From a virus, in the IMG/VR virus record IMGVR_UViG_3300044712_001570, positions 1 through 64,000 of that record: a stretch of 64,000 nt of DNA, one strand, 5' to 3'. The first letter of the stretch is position 1. Every line of letters begins with the position of its first letter. The notes below the pieces were generated by a model, which saw only the letters and a list, made by a program, of their open reading frames with translations, searched no databases and was not told the DNA's origin. Made by a program: the position numbers and the translations under genes. This document shows, piece after piece, positions 26,457-36,611 of the stretch.

Positions 26457-27685
26457 TGGCAAGCAGCCCTGACATTAACTTCGCATCCGCAATGCGCATA
26501 GCTAAAACAGCTATGCCATATATGACTGGAATGCTTATTAGATTCCAACTAATAATGCGCCCAGGTATGGGGACTATGGGAGTCGATTCTAAGTTCCGAC
26601 TCTACATGGACCCTGCGGTATTAACTCAGTGGTCGGTACATGAGATAGCAGGTGTACTCATTCATGAGTGTATGCACCTGTTCCTAGACCATCCTGGGAG
26701 GTGCGGAAGTAGAGACACAGGGCTATTCAATATTGCAGGTGACTTAGCTATTAATCCAGGTCTCAAAGCTGCAAGGCTACAGTTACCAGAGAAAGGGGTA
26801 ATGCCCTCGGATTATGGGTTACCAGATAATCTAACAGCTGACGAATATTACGTTAAGTTATTAGAGATTGGAGGTGGGGGTATCACTAATCCCAACCCTA
26901 ATGGTAAACCAGGTACTGGTAACTGCGGAGGGTGCGCTCATTCTAAAGATGATAATGACCAGACACAACAAGCCCAAAGCCTTGGAGCGGAGGGGGTAGA
27001 TTCCTCTACTAAGCATCGAGTAGCTAAGGCTATGGCGGAAGAGATGCTCGCACATGCTAATGGTAAAGGGCGGGGTAGTGTGCCCGCCGGATGGTTAAGA
27101 GAAGCAGAACTACTATGCAAACCTGCTACCATTCCGTGGGAGCGGGAACTTCAACGAATACTATTGACAGCCTGTGATTATAAGGCAGGTGCAGTAGTTC
27201 ATACATTCAATAATCCTAGCCGTAGACAAGCAGGGTTAGGATATGGGGTTGGTAGCCCACGACTACCATATACCAGATGCCCTATTCCCGAAGTATGTAT
27301 CTTCTTCGATACATCCGGCTCTATGAGCAAAGAGAACGTAGAGACAGGGTTGATTGAAGTGCAGTCAATCCTGAAAAGAGTTGGTGCTAATATAACGTTC
27401 ATGTGCTGCGACCATGCAGTGCATGCTATTGTGAAAACTAATGATATTAATGTTATACTAAAGAACCTAAAGGGTGGTGGAGGTTCAAGCTTCACACCTG
27501 CTTTTGATGCCATAAAAACCCTAAAGAATGCCCCGAATATTGTGGTAGCATTCACCGACGGTGACATAGGAGTTCCGGAAGAGTGTCCTCCTGGGCTCAC
27601 AGTTATATGGTGCCTAGTTGAGAGACACCATACCCCACCTACCGAGGCATGGGGCAGAGCCGTATGGTGCGTTAATAAGGATTGA
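26456..27685 (+). CDS. DUF2201-type metallopeptidase-like + vWA domain protein
   Basis: HECMH (HExxH), NIAGDLAIN, MIDAS DTSGSM, GGGGS, FTDG. Confidence 0.88.
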   Translation: MASSPDINFASAMRIAKTAMPYMTGMLIRFQLIMRPGMGTMGVDSKFRLYMDPAVLTQWSVHEIAGVLIHECMHLFLDHPGRCGSRDTGLFNIAGDLAINPGLKAARLQLPEKGVMPSDYGLPDNLTADEYYVKLLEIGGGGITNPNPNGKPGTGNCGGCAHSKDDNDQTQQAQSLGAEGVDSSTKHRVAKAMAEEMLAHANGKGRGSVPAGWLREAELLCKPATIPWERELQRILLTACDYKAGAVVHTFNNPSRRQAGLGYGVGSPRLPYTRCPIPEVCIFFDTSGSMSKENVETGLIEVQSILKRVGANITFMCCDHAVHAIVKTNDINVILKNLKGGGGSSFTPAFDAIKTLKNAPNIVVAFTDGDIGVPEECPPGLTVIWCLVERHHTPPTEAWGRAVWCVNKD

Positions 27686-27757
27686 TAACCGTGCCGACCT
27701 ATGGCACCCTAGCCAAGCTATTACCCACAATAGCTATTTACTAGCGGAGATTCGAAC

Positions 27758-28618
27758 ATGACTAACCCAGGTCTTGTAAGCGTCATGGACGCTCAAAATG
27801 CAGGTGCAATCGTTTGGTGGACCCTTGAAGGGCAATGCTCCTTAGCAGAGCTAACGACCAAGTTCGATGAGCTTGGACTGCCAAGCGATTGGCTTCCTAG
27901 TGCCCCTTCACCAGCGCAATCACTCAAGAGGGCGATCGATAGTGTAAGACAGCCTAAACAACTACTAGCTGCACATCCTAGTGGTGGTTACGCCGTCTAT
28001 CAACAAGCGGAGATAGATATAGATGGAGACCCAGAACTTAGGGTTGTCCTTCATGCATACCTAAACGAGGAGGGTGCTTTCTGTATCCGAAAGACTACCA
28101 ACGAGGAGCTAAAGGATAAGCTCCTTGATGCATACAATAGAGAGTGCACTATTCTAGCTGCTCAAGATATTAGCCATTGGCTAATCAATGTGTTAGCCAA
28201 GAAGCTGTTTGCCTTATCATTACGAGATAGGGGTGGAGTGTACTTTATTACATCATCAGCTGTAGAACGATACAGCTCACTTGTTAGTGTATTATCAAGC
28301 CTTCAAGCAAGCTATAAGCTGTATCAGATACCAGCTATGAAGAGCAAAGATGCCATAGCTGCTATTATTGATGCTATAACATCCGAGACTAATAAGTATT
28401 CCGAAACTGTATTCTCCCATCTATGCGAAGAAAAGATGGGGAAACGAGCATTAGAAACACAACTAAAGGAGTCTACCAACTACCTCAATAAGATTAAGAT
28501 CTATGAGGAAGTTGTAGGAGAGAACCTGGATAAGCTAAGGGCTCAACTAACAAACCTTCAAGCTTGTGTTAGTGCATCTATCCTTTCCCTTGAGCCATCG
28601 GAAGAAGAAGCACAATGA
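27758..28618 (+). CDS. DUF6744/DUF3150-like protein associated with phage AAA-vWA modules
   Basis: GAIVWW...LP..PS....L.RA...LRDRGGVYF. Confidence 0.65.
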   Translation: MTNPGLVSVMDAQNAGAIVWWTLEGQCSLAELTTKFDELGLPSDWLPSAPSPAQSLKRAIDSVRQPKQLLAAHPSGGYAVYQQAEIDIDGDPELRVVLHAYLNEEGAFCIRKTTNEELKDKLLDAYNRECTILAAQDISHWLINVLAKKLFALSLRDRGGVYFITSSAVERYSSLVSVLSSLQASYKLYQIPAMKSKDAIAAIIDAITSETNKYSETVFSHLCEEKMGKRALETQLKESTNYLNKIKIYEEVVGENLDKLRAQLTNLQACVSASILSLEPSEEEAQ

Positions 28619-29247
28619 CACAGCTAAAGACTACAATCGCACTAAAGCATGCGGATAATGTAGCAACTGCGGTTGCTGCTAGATATTATAAATCAAACCC
28701 AAGTGTGGTCTCCTTTGAAGACCTAAAACAAGAAGCTTGGTTGACTATAGTTGATATAGACCATAGAGGCGGTTTCAATGCTACCAAAGGCGTAGAGTTT
28801 AGATACTACGCCTTTCAAGGTTGCGTTCGAATGCTGCAACGCATGATGTGGTCCAATAGCTCCCCAGTATCAGGGGTACATGCATCTAAATCCGATGCTA
28901 GGGATTATGCATGTAAAGGTCTAGCGTTTGATGATATAGCGGACCCAAGTAAAGTAAGGATGGCTAGTACTAGCAAACGTTTTTATGTATCGTTTAGCGA
29001 AGAAACATCAACCCTACCAAGCCAAGAAGAGGACTATCACTCCAATCAAATAAGAGCTGCACTAATAGATGCAGCTATGAGAGCTAGCATACCAATAGTA
29101 GCTGTTAGTGTTTTATTAGGTGAGGCTTCTATTGAGGAAGCTTCTAATGCATTAGGATGTACACCTAAACAGATGGAGGGTCACGCTAAGTACCTACAAT
29201 CGATTCTCAAGTTTGATCCAACCCTTTGGAGACTATGGAAAGAATGA
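28615..29247 (+). CDS. Phage sigma70-like factor
   Basis: Region 2-like FEDLKQEAW...FNATKGVEFRYYA; region 4-like SIEEASNALGCT. Confidence 0.65.
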   Translation: MTQLKTTIALKHADNVATAVAARYYKSNPSVVSFEDLKQEAWLTIVDIDHRGGFNATKGVEFRYYAFQGCVRMLQRMMWSNSSPVSGVHASKSDARDYACKGLAFDDIADPSKVRMASTSKRFYVSFSEETSTLPSQEEDYHSNQIRAALIDAAMRASIPIVAVSVLLGEASIEEASNALGCTPKQMEGHAKYLQSILKFDPTLWRLWKE

Positions 29248-30101
29248 AAGCTAATAAAAAAACCGCATCTGTATCCGCATTAGCAACGCAGTCCATCGTT
29301 ATGGATTCTATTGTTGAATCAGGCCTTAACCCTAACTCAATGGGTAAAGATGCCTATCGACAACTGGTTGCTAATATACGCTTGAAAGGATTCCTTCAAG
29401 CAATTCTTGTTAGACTTGTAAAGCCAGAAACAGGTGGTAGCTATTACCAACTCATAGATGGCGCACATCGTATCAAAGCGATGAAGGAGATAGGTGAAAC
29501 CAACATTCCTGCAATGATATTGGAATGCTCCGAGCCGGAAGCTATTGCACTTCGCATAGCTATGAATAGGCTTCGTGGTCAGGTTGATTTGGGTATTGCT
29601 AAGCAGCAACTCGAAGACCTATTGAAAACACATCTATGGACCGCAGACCAAGTAGAGATAACAGGCTTTAGTGCTCAAGAGATTGCAGACCTTATACAAC
29701 CTGTATTACCAGACCCGGAGCCTAATAACTCCATCCTAACATCACCAGATGATACAGGGGATGCACCTGCTACAGAACTCTCTGATGTATCGTTTACATT
29801 AGAGGTTGGAGGATTCGAATCCAAGTCTGCACTCAATACCATTCGAAAGAAACTGGTATCACTATCTACGGTTTCCCCTAAGCCCACCCTTGCAAGTGCA
29901 TTGCGTTATCTTATTGATAATGCTAACCCATCAATCTTCCCCATCAAGAAGAAGTCATCGAAGCCGAAGTTCCTCTACCAGGTATGGGGGAGGGACAATG
30001 CAAACCAGCCAGAGCTAATCCAAACCTATAAGAATAAAAAGCAAGCAGACGAGGAAGCTGCACTGGTTGGTGGTACGGTTACCGAAGTGCTAGATGACTG
30101 A
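29226..30101 (+). CDS. ParB-like N-terminal domain protein
   Basis: NPNSM, GFLQAILVR, IDGAHR, MNRLRG. Confidence 0.85.
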   Translation: METMERMKANKKTASVSALATQSIVMDSIVESGLNPNSMGKDAYRQLVANIRLKGFLQAILVRLVKPETGGSYYQLIDGAHRIKAMKEIGETNIPAMILECSEPEAIALRIAMNRLRGQVDLGIAKQQLEDLLKTHLWTADQVEITGFSAQEIADLIQPVLPDPEPNNSILTSPDDTGDAPATELSDVSFTLEVGGFESKSALNTIRKKLVSLSTVSPKPTLASALRYLIDNANPSIFPIKKKSSKPKFLYQVWGRDNANQPELIQTYKNKKQADEEAALVGGTVTEVLDD

Positions 30102-30109
30102 AAGGAATA

Positions 30110-30313
30110 ATGAACTACACGTTAGAGACTAAGAGGCTACATAGCTCCAACTACGCAATGAAGTTAGTTATTAGTATTAATGGTACCATAGTTAAAACAT
30201 TAGATGCTGTGGTACCATCGTTTGATGCAGCACTTCGTACAACGGAGGCAATAGTACATGGCCAGCGTGAATACCCTATATGTATCGAGTCATGTAAACA
30301 TTGCAATGCTTAG
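30110..30313 (+). CDS. Hypothetical protein
   Basis: AAGGA RBS. Confidence 0.55.
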   Translation: MNYTLETKRLHSSNYAMKLVISINGTIVKTLDAVVPSFDAALRTTEAIVHGQREYPICIESCKHCNA

Positions 30314-30557
30314 ACGTGGCCTTATAACTACAACCATACTTGCACAAGCTATTGCCAGACCAACTCGCTATATCCGAAGATTAATAACAAGGCGCAATGT
30401 AATAGCCATAAGGGATGGGTACTCTTACTATATAGACCTTCTATCAGTAGAGGTCTATTATAGGACCTGTCGCAATACCATTGTACTACAACAGCTATCG
30501 GAGCTACGTAGGCAAATTCAACAGTACCTATTAAGCAGGGATACCAAATGCTATTGA
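30306..30557 (+). CDS. Excisionase-like HTH protein
   Basis: LITTTILAQAI..PTRYIRRLI....V.A...G..YYI; start moved to 30306. Confidence 0.55.
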   Translation: MLRRGLITTTILAQAIARPTRYIRRLITRRNVIAIRDGYSYYIDLLSVEVYYRTCRNTIVLQQLSELRRQIQQYLLSRDTKCY

Positions 30558-31969
30558 ACATGCATAATACGACATGCGCTATTGTTAGTGCAACAGAAGC
30601 CGAGATGAAGTGGATAAGTGGGTACTTATCCTTTAGCAACTCGAAGGCATACTTTAGTGGGGGACCATCTAAGATAGGTCTTGTTAATGAGTTCAATAGG
30701 TCATTCCCCACAGGGTTCCTCCCTATGATTCGAAAGGCTGCTGCTACCGAGAATATTGAGATTCTTGCCCACGATAAAAGGATTGCACCAGCGACCTTTG
30801 ATGCTGACGCGGAGATCACTTATTTAAGAGACTATCAGCTAGATGCATTAGATGCAGTAGACTATCATAAGCGGGGTATACTCAATCACGCCACTGGAGC
30901 TGGAAAAACTCTGCTCACTGTAGCACTAACACAAGCCTATCAATGTCCTTGGGTTCTACTAACTCATAGAGGAAACCTAGCAGAGCAGACAGAGGATGAA
31001 TACAATAGTCGAACCGGACTAACATGTTCCACCCTTCGTAAGGGGGATAACTGGGTTAATGGTACCGGTAACCTAACCATATTCACATTCCAGTCTATTG
31101 CTCATAGAGTGCATGAACCTGTTATTAAAAACATACTTCTACAAGCTGGTGGGCTTATGATTGAGGAAGCCCATGTTCTACCCGCTGCAACGTTCTATAA
31201 AACGGCCCAAGCGTGCCCGGCCTACTTCCGGGTAGGTCTTTCTGCAACCCCGCTTGTACGGGGCGATAGACGGTCCATAATGGCCATTGCATCCCTTGGG
31301 CCGGTGATTCATAAAGTCTCTGCAGAAGAACTCATAAATAGAAACATATTAGCTAGGGCTAATATAACTATGTATGAGTACATGCATACTAAGCAAAGGT
31401 CTACAGACTATGCAGAAGTAAGGGAGGAGGAGATTGTAGATAGCGATGAACGTAACGAGTTGCTAATAGATATAATCCGAAAGGCAGAGAAACCATGCCT
31501 AGCCTTTATAACTATCAAAGACCACGGCTTTAAGCTTAATAGGTTATTAGAACGTGCTGGGTTCAAGTCCTTGTTTGTGTATGGTACCAGCTCCCTATCA
31601 TATAGAAAGAGGGTATGTAAGGACCTTAATAATGGGAAGCTAGATGTATTAGTAGCATCTAAGATACTTGATACGGGGCAAAACATACCTGAACTTCGTA
31701 GTGTTGTTAACTGCTCTGGAGGTAAGAGTGTTATAGAAGTAGTGCAGAAGTTAGGTCGTGGTATGCGACGCACTACTACTAAGACTGAGTTCGATATGTA
31801 TGATGTATATGATAAGGGCTGTGGATGTGACCTAGCAGCTAAAGAGATGTTAGGTGAAAGGAGGTATGCACATAAGGCATGCGAATGGTTGGAACGTCAC
31901 ACCAAGATGAGGTGGAAGGCGTATACAGTAGAGAAACATTCTGTCAAGGTTGAGCCATTTACCCGTTGA
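30548..31969 (+). CDS. SF2 DNA helicase (UvsW/XPB-like)
   Basis: LRDYQ, ATGAGKT, IEEAH, GLSATP, QKLGRGMR. Confidence 0.92.
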   Translation: MLLNMHNTTCAIVSATEAEMKWISGYLSFSNSKAYFSGGPSKIGLVNEFNRSFPTGFLPMIRKAAATENIEILAHDKRIAPATFDADAEITYLRDYQLDALDAVDYHKRGILNHATGAGKTLLTVALTQAYQCPWVLLTHRGNLAEQTEDEYNSRTGLTCSTLRKGDNWVNGTGNLTIFTFQSIAHRVHEPVIKNILLQAGGLMIEEAHVLPAATFYKTAQACPAYFRVGLSATPLVRGDRRSIMAIASLGPVIHKVSAEELINRNILARANITMYEYMHTKQRSTDYAEVREEEIVDSDERNELLIDIIRKAEKPCLAFITIKDHGFKLNRLLERAGFKSLFVYGTSSLSYRKRVCKDLNNGKLDVLVASKILDTGQNIPELRSVVNCSGGKSVIEVVQKLGRGMRRTTTKTEFDMYDVYDKGCGCDLAAKEMLGERRYAHKACEWLERHTKMRWKAYTVEKHSVKVEPFTR

Positions 31970-31994
31970 CTTGCGCCAAAGAGCGGCGCAATCT
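31966..31994 (+). promoter_or_regulatory. Promoter/operator upstream of replication genes
   Basis: TTGACT-N17-CAATCT containing the inverted repeat TTGCGCC-N7-GGCGCAA and the GGCGCAATCT motif. Confidence 0.55.
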
Positions 31995-32021
31995 TTTCTT
32001 CTCCCCTATGGAAGGTGACCC

Positions 32022-32159
32022 ATGACTATACTGGATGAGATGCATAGTAGAAGGCTGAATGGACCCATACAGCAACTAGTGAATGCGCTAGGCTGTGGGT
32101 GGTCTAGCGAACAACCATTTGCTAGCATCTCCGCTGTTGTGTGGGTCCCTTCAGCCTAG
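32022..32159 (+). CDS. Small ORF (45 aa; not in track)
   Basis: GAAGG RBS after promoter. Confidence 0.35.
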   Translation: MTILDEMHSRRLNGPIQQLVNALGCGWSSEQPFASISAVVWVPSA

Positions 32160-32168
32160 CTTAATAAC

Positions 32169-33407
32169 ATGTATACTACTCAACTATCACGTAGTAAGGC
32201 GAAGCCACATTCGCTTAGTGCTAAAGAGCTGGAGAGACGTATAGGCTCTACTACCTATATGGTATGGCAGGGTATATATGATGCTCGCAACGTATGGACT
32301 GGCACTACTCTTATATCTCGTGATGAACTAGCTACCGAGTTAGGTATATCCCCTCATACTGTTAAAGACTGTTTATCCCGTTTACATAAGCTGCAACTCG
32401 TTAGGACTGTAGGTCGCATGCAGGGCGGGAGAGTATGGCGACATATAGTTGGTTCCATATGGCATGGTCAGCTATGCCTACCTGTCAAGGTCTATGATGC
32501 ACTCATGCTCAACAAGGGTCGTGGAGGGTTCCGTGCGAACGCCGGACGACCAAGAAAAGATGGAAATCCACCTATGCGAAGAAGCTCTTCCCTACCCCCT
32601 CAAGATAGCTCTGCATTGATAATCAAAACACCCCCGTGTTTTAAGATCTTAAATATTAAAGATCTTAAGATCTCTGTTTCTCTTTCTGAAGAAAGAGAAA
32701 GGCAAGCTGGTGCTTGCGTCGATTCTAAAACTTTAGTCGGGAGGGATATAGCTCAACGCTTACCGGGTGTACCGAAGTTCATAAGCGTTAGTACTCTCTC
32801 GAATGTATATACACCCGATCCGCCAAGGCTAGACCCTAAAGCACACCCGCATGTTCATACCCGACTGATAGTGAAGTGGATTGAGGGTTGCTATAAAGCA
32901 TACCTAGGTAAGCGCTGTTGGATGTTTATATCCGAGAAGAAACCACTCGAACAGTCTAAGCGGTTTCCGCTATTGTTAGATGCAGCTAAAGCTTTTATTG
33001 AGAATGATATATCACCCGCGCTTTGGTTTGCATGGTCATTCAACTTCTGGAATCAGAATAAGACTAAGAAGGCTATGCCACCACTTGCATGGTTATTATC
33101 TCCTAAGCGTATGGCAGAACGTAGTGGATGGTTTCATTCAGAAGCTGCATTCACTATGGGATGCCGTATGCAGTACAATGATACTGAGCGCAAGTTCATG
33201 CTATTGCAGCATCGTATGATTACTGAACTTTCTTTATTAACCGTTGAGGAGTGTACTGATTACAAGGTGCAATCTATTGTTCATAAATACTTTCCGAAAG
33301 GGTTATATGACAACATTGTTCAAGAGATAAAGTCGGATGCTATTATGAGACAGATGGAACTCAGTGATGCAGTTGCAAGAGGAGAATGGTTATGGGGAGC
33401 CCTATAG
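32169..33407 (+). CDS. Putative replication initiator (N-terminal wHTH, AT-hook-like GRGG..AGRPRK, internal ori-like element)
   Basis: HTH SRDELATELGISPHTVKDCLSRL; directly upstream of DnaB and primase; palindromic repeats mid-gene as in lambda O-type initiators. Confidence 0.65.
   Translation: MYTTQLSRSKAKPHSLSAKELERRIGSTTYMVWQGIYDARNVWTGTTLISRDELATELGISPHTVKDCLSRLHKLQLVRTVGRMQGGRVWRHIVGSIWHGQLCLPVKVYDALMLNKGRGGFRANAGRPRKDGNPPMRRSSSLPPQDSSALIIKTPPCFKILNIKDLKISVSLSEERERQAGACVDSKTLVGRDIAQRLPGVPKFISVSTLSNVYTPDPPRLDPKAHPHVHTRLIVKWIEGCYKAYLGKRCWMFISEKKPLEQSKRFPLLLDAAKAFIENDISPALWFAWSFNFWNQNKTKKAMPPLAWLLSPKRMAERSGWFHSEAAFTMGCRMQYNDTERKFMLLQHRMITELSLLTVEECTDYKVQSIVHKYFPKGLYDNIVQEIKSDAIMRQMELSDAVARGEWLWGAL
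32582..32702 (+). repeat. Ori-like element copy 2
   Basis: AAAACAC-CCCC-GTGTTTT palindrome, three AGATCT, TTTCTCTTTC/GAAAGAGAAA inverted repeat. Confidence 0.9.
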
Positions 33408-34765
33408 TTCATGCAAACGTTCCCATGGGTGTTACACCCTACGGGTTTGATAGTAACTACGAAAGAGCAGTTGTTTATTATCTAGCATCTAATCCTAAGT
33501 TCTTCGGTCGTATAGGTAGTGCTATTGAACCTGATTGTTTAGCAGATGAAACAGCTCGCAGTATTACTAGGGCTGCACAATCGATAGCACATGACTGTGG
33601 TACCGGTCCTGATAGTACAACCCTTATTCTTCAGCGTATGCGTGGATGGTTCAAAGAGGGTAAGATATTAGAAGAAACTGTTTATAACGCAGTTGAATAC
33701 TTTGATGCTGTAGAAGCAGATATGTCAAAGCTTCCATCATGGGAGAAGTGCTTACCCGATCTTATAGCTATCATTAAACGCCGTATGGAGTGGACAGCAC
33801 TTCAAACAGGTCTAAAAGAATACTCACATCGTGGTGATACTAGTCGTGTAGTTGATATATTCAATAAGGCTAAAAGACTAGGTACAACCGATGATGGAGT
33901 AGGCTCCCGCATAGGCAGAGCGTCCCTACAAGGTATTAAGGTCTTAGCAGAAGCTGATAAGGTGCAAACAGGTATCTTAGAGCTTGACGACTATCTTCGA
34001 GGTGGAAGAATGCGGGGTACCCTTTGGATGTGGATGGGTAGACCTGGAAGCGGTAAGTCTATGGGTTTAGTAGGGGATGCATGTGCAGCAGCCTATCAAG
34101 GCCACCTAGTATGCGCTGCGACATGTGAGTTAGCTCAAAGTCTATGGGAAGCTCGAATCAATGCTCACCTAACGGGTATCTCGATCGATGAGATATTAGC
34201 TAACCCAATGTGCATTGAGGAGCAGATAGATACTATAACAACCGCACCAGGCTTTGGTGGTATCATAGTTAAAGCTTTTCAGTCTGGGGTATCAACAGTA
34301 GAAGATGTATTTGATTGGACTAAGCATTGTGAAGATATGTATGGGTGTAAATGCTCTACCCTTGTTGTTGATTATCTTGATAAGCTAAAATCAAGGGAGA
34401 GGATTAAAGATAGATACGAGGAGCTAGGGGTTATATCAGATAAGCTTTTCTATTATGCAAGGGATGGTGAACGTTGGTCCACTACAGCTACACAAGCTAG
34501 GAGAGGTGATAAGAATAAAAAAGGTAAGTCCTCCAGATTAGAGCAGGAGGATATGGGCGACAGCGATCTTAAGTCTCGTAATACCGATTACCTATGTACT
34601 ATCAATCCAGAGGATGATGGGTATAATAGTCTATTCATTGCAAAGAACAGGGTTGGTCCTGCTGGTAAATCCGTAGGACCCTTCCCGACAGACTTCTCCA
34701 TAGCCAGGCTTGCACCTACTGTATTCCTTCCCCCTTGGAGTGGTAACACACCATGCCCACAATAA
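33386..34765 (+). CDS. dnaB: DnaB-like replicative helicase
   Basis: TGILELD, GRPGSGKS, VVDYLD, ATQARR, IAKNRVG. Confidence 0.9.
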   Translation: MVMGSPIVHANVPMGVTPYGFDSNYERAVVYYLASNPKFFGRIGSAIEPDCLADETARSITRAAQSIAHDCGTGPDSTTLILQRMRGWFKEGKILEETVYNAVEYFDAVEADMSKLPSWEKCLPDLIAIIKRRMEWTALQTGLKEYSHRGDTSRVVDIFNKAKRLGTTDDGVGSRIGRASLQGIKVLAEADKVQTGILELDDYLRGGRMRGTLWMWMGRPGSGKSMGLVGDACAAAYQGHLVCAATCELAQSLWEARINAHLTGISIDEILANPMCIEEQIDTITTAPGFGGIIVKAFQSGVSTVEDVFDWTKHCEDMYGCKCSTLVVDYLDKLKSRERIKDRYEELGVISDKLFYYARDGERWSTTATQARRGDKNKKGKSSRLEQEDMGDSDLKSRNTDYLCTINPEDDGYNSLFIAKNRVGPAGKSVGPFPTDFSIARLAPTVFLPPWSGNTPCPQ

Positions 34766-34986
34766 TAATAAGATGGGCTATTAGATGCCATATATTAGGT
34801 TCGAAGGTTATACTATGGGTTAAGCGTACCAACCATGATTGGTGGCCTGGATGGACTCCTAATAAATCCGAACGGTGGTTACTACGAAGTAAAAAGGAAG
34901 CTAAGAAGATTGTAAAGTATCGTAGGTATTATTCCGCTCCTCAAAGGCTAAAGGTAACCTTAGTAAAGGTTCGGGTACATGCGTGA
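34753..34986 (+). CDS. Small basic hypothetical protein
   Basis: Overlaps both neighbours. Confidence 0.55.
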   Translation: MPTIIIRWAIRCHILGSKVILWVKRTNHDWWPGWTPNKSERWLLRSKKEAKKIVKYRRYYSAPQRLKVTLVKVRVHA

Positions 34987-35857
34987 TAGCCACGTTATTA
35001 TACAGACCCAGCTATTATCTAAACGTCCTAACTCAAAAGGTTGGGTACGTGTTAATTGTCCACTATGTGTAGAGCGTGGTGAACCTACGCCAGATAAAAA
35101 GCTATCGCTAGGTGTACAGGTTAATAGTGGTTGGTTTCATTGCTGGAGATGCGATGCGAAAGGGTTCCTAGATGGTACCGATCGAACAGACTTTGAAAAG
35201 CGAGCACCTAAAGATGGATTCAAATCCATTGACCTACCAGAAGGTTTCTTCCTTCTTGATGAAAATAAATGCGAATCTTTGCAACCAGCATGGGACTATC
35301 TGACCAATCATCGCAATCTATCAGAGGACGAGATAAGGCTGCATTGTATTGGTGCATGCCTAACAGGTAGGTTTGCAGGTAGAGTAGTTATACCAGTGTA
35401 CTCTAACGATGACCGTATAGTCTATTGGGTCACCAGAAAGTGGGTAAGAAAATGTAGTAAACCCTATTTAAATCCTTCTCATGAAAGGGAAGGGCTATTC
35501 TTTGGTGAGGAGTTATTAGTAGAAGAGAGTAGTATTCCCCTCTTATGTGTTGAGGGGGTGTTTGATGCAATAGCACACTATCCCCATGCAGTTGCAACCT
35601 TAGGTAAGGTAACAGAACCCCATCTCGAACGATTAATGAAGGTTAGGAGACCAGTGGTATTCGTTCGAGATGGGGATGCAAGAGATGAGGGAATATGCTG
35701 TGCACTACGTATGCAGATGAATGGATTTGCATATGGAACAGGGTCAGTAGACCTAGGCGCAAAGGTAGACCCGGATGAAATAACACATGAAGTATTAATG
35801 TACGAAGCAGAGTTATCTCTAACAACATGGAAAGCCATCATGGAGCAAAGACAATGA
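34979..35857 (+). CDS. DNA primase (Zn finger + TOPRIM)
   Basis: CPLC...HCWRC, GRVVIP, VEGVFDA, DGD, DPDE. Confidence 0.9.
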   Translation: MRDSHVIIQTQLLSKRPNSKGWVRVNCPLCVERGEPTPDKKLSLGVQVNSGWFHCWRCDAKGFLDGTDRTDFEKRAPKDGFKSIDLPEGFFLLDENKCESLQPAWDYLTNHRNLSEDEIRLHCIGACLTGRFAGRVVIPVYSNDDRIVYWVTRKWVRKCSKPYLNPSHEREGLFFGEELLVEESSIPLLCVEGVFDAIAHYPHAVATLGKVTEPHLERLMKVRRPVVFVRDGDARDEGICCALRMQMNGFAYGTGSVDLGAKVDPDEITHEVLMYEAELSLTTWKAIMEQRQ

Positions 35858-36609
35858 ACGAACGTATCAGTATCGTAGGTCATACAACAAATCTGGTTGA
35901 TCTAATCAATGGTGAAAAAACAGGGGAACCTTATTATGAGGTATCCATTCGTATGAGGGTAAAAGACCATGGGATAGTGCTAGGGGTTCTATCCTCCATA
36001 GCTGTTATGGTTAGTCATACCAATGCACTCAACCCATGCCCATCACCTGCAGTACCAGTAGAGGTTCCACCTCGTATAGGTAAAGAAGCCCTTGAGGACC
36101 TAAAGGCTGTAAATAGCCCCACTACTTCCGAGCCTATTGCAGAACCAACCCCAGAAAGAAAAACCCGTACGAGGGCCGCTAAAGTAGTTTCCGAGGCATC
36201 CCCAGAGATGGAGGCACAAGCTAAAAAGAACTTTGAAGCTGCATCCGCTAAGGTTGAAACAGTAGCATCCAAAACAGTGACAGAGGATGATGCCTTATTG
36301 AAAGATGAGGAACCACCACAGGAACAACAACCATACCCTATGGAGAATGCAACAACTCCATTAGTTGAAGCCAAGGTGGAGCCTAAAGACTTAGGTCCTA
36401 AGTCCTCTTCTAATCTCAATATGGATGTTATCCGTAAAGCCACCAAGCTCGTTGAGATATTCAAGCATGCTATCGAGTGTGGGAACAAGACTATTGACAC
36501 ATGCTTTGAAGCTGTCAATGCAGTCAAAGATGAGAACGCGATACTTACCAGAACACCTTCTCTCAAGCAGAGGGTAAAGCAGCACTTCGAAGTATTCGGG
36601 GTTGACTGA
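35854..36609 (+). CDS. Hypothetical protein with low-complexity P/E/A linker
   Basis: GGAG RBS and ATGA overlap at 35854. Confidence 0.75.
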   Translation: MNERISIVGHTTNLVDLINGEKTGEPYYEVSIRMRVKDHGIVLGVLSSIAVMVSHTNALNPCPSPAVPVEVPPRIGKEALEDLKAVNSPTTSEPIAEPTPERKTRTRAAKVVSEASPEMEAQAKKNFEAASAKVETVASKTVTEDDALLKDEEPPQEQQPYPMENATTPLVEAKVEPKDLGPKSSSNLNMDVIRKATKLVEIFKHAIECGNKTIDTCFEAVNAVKDENAILTRTPSLKQRVKQHFEVFGVD

Positions 36610-36611
36610 TT

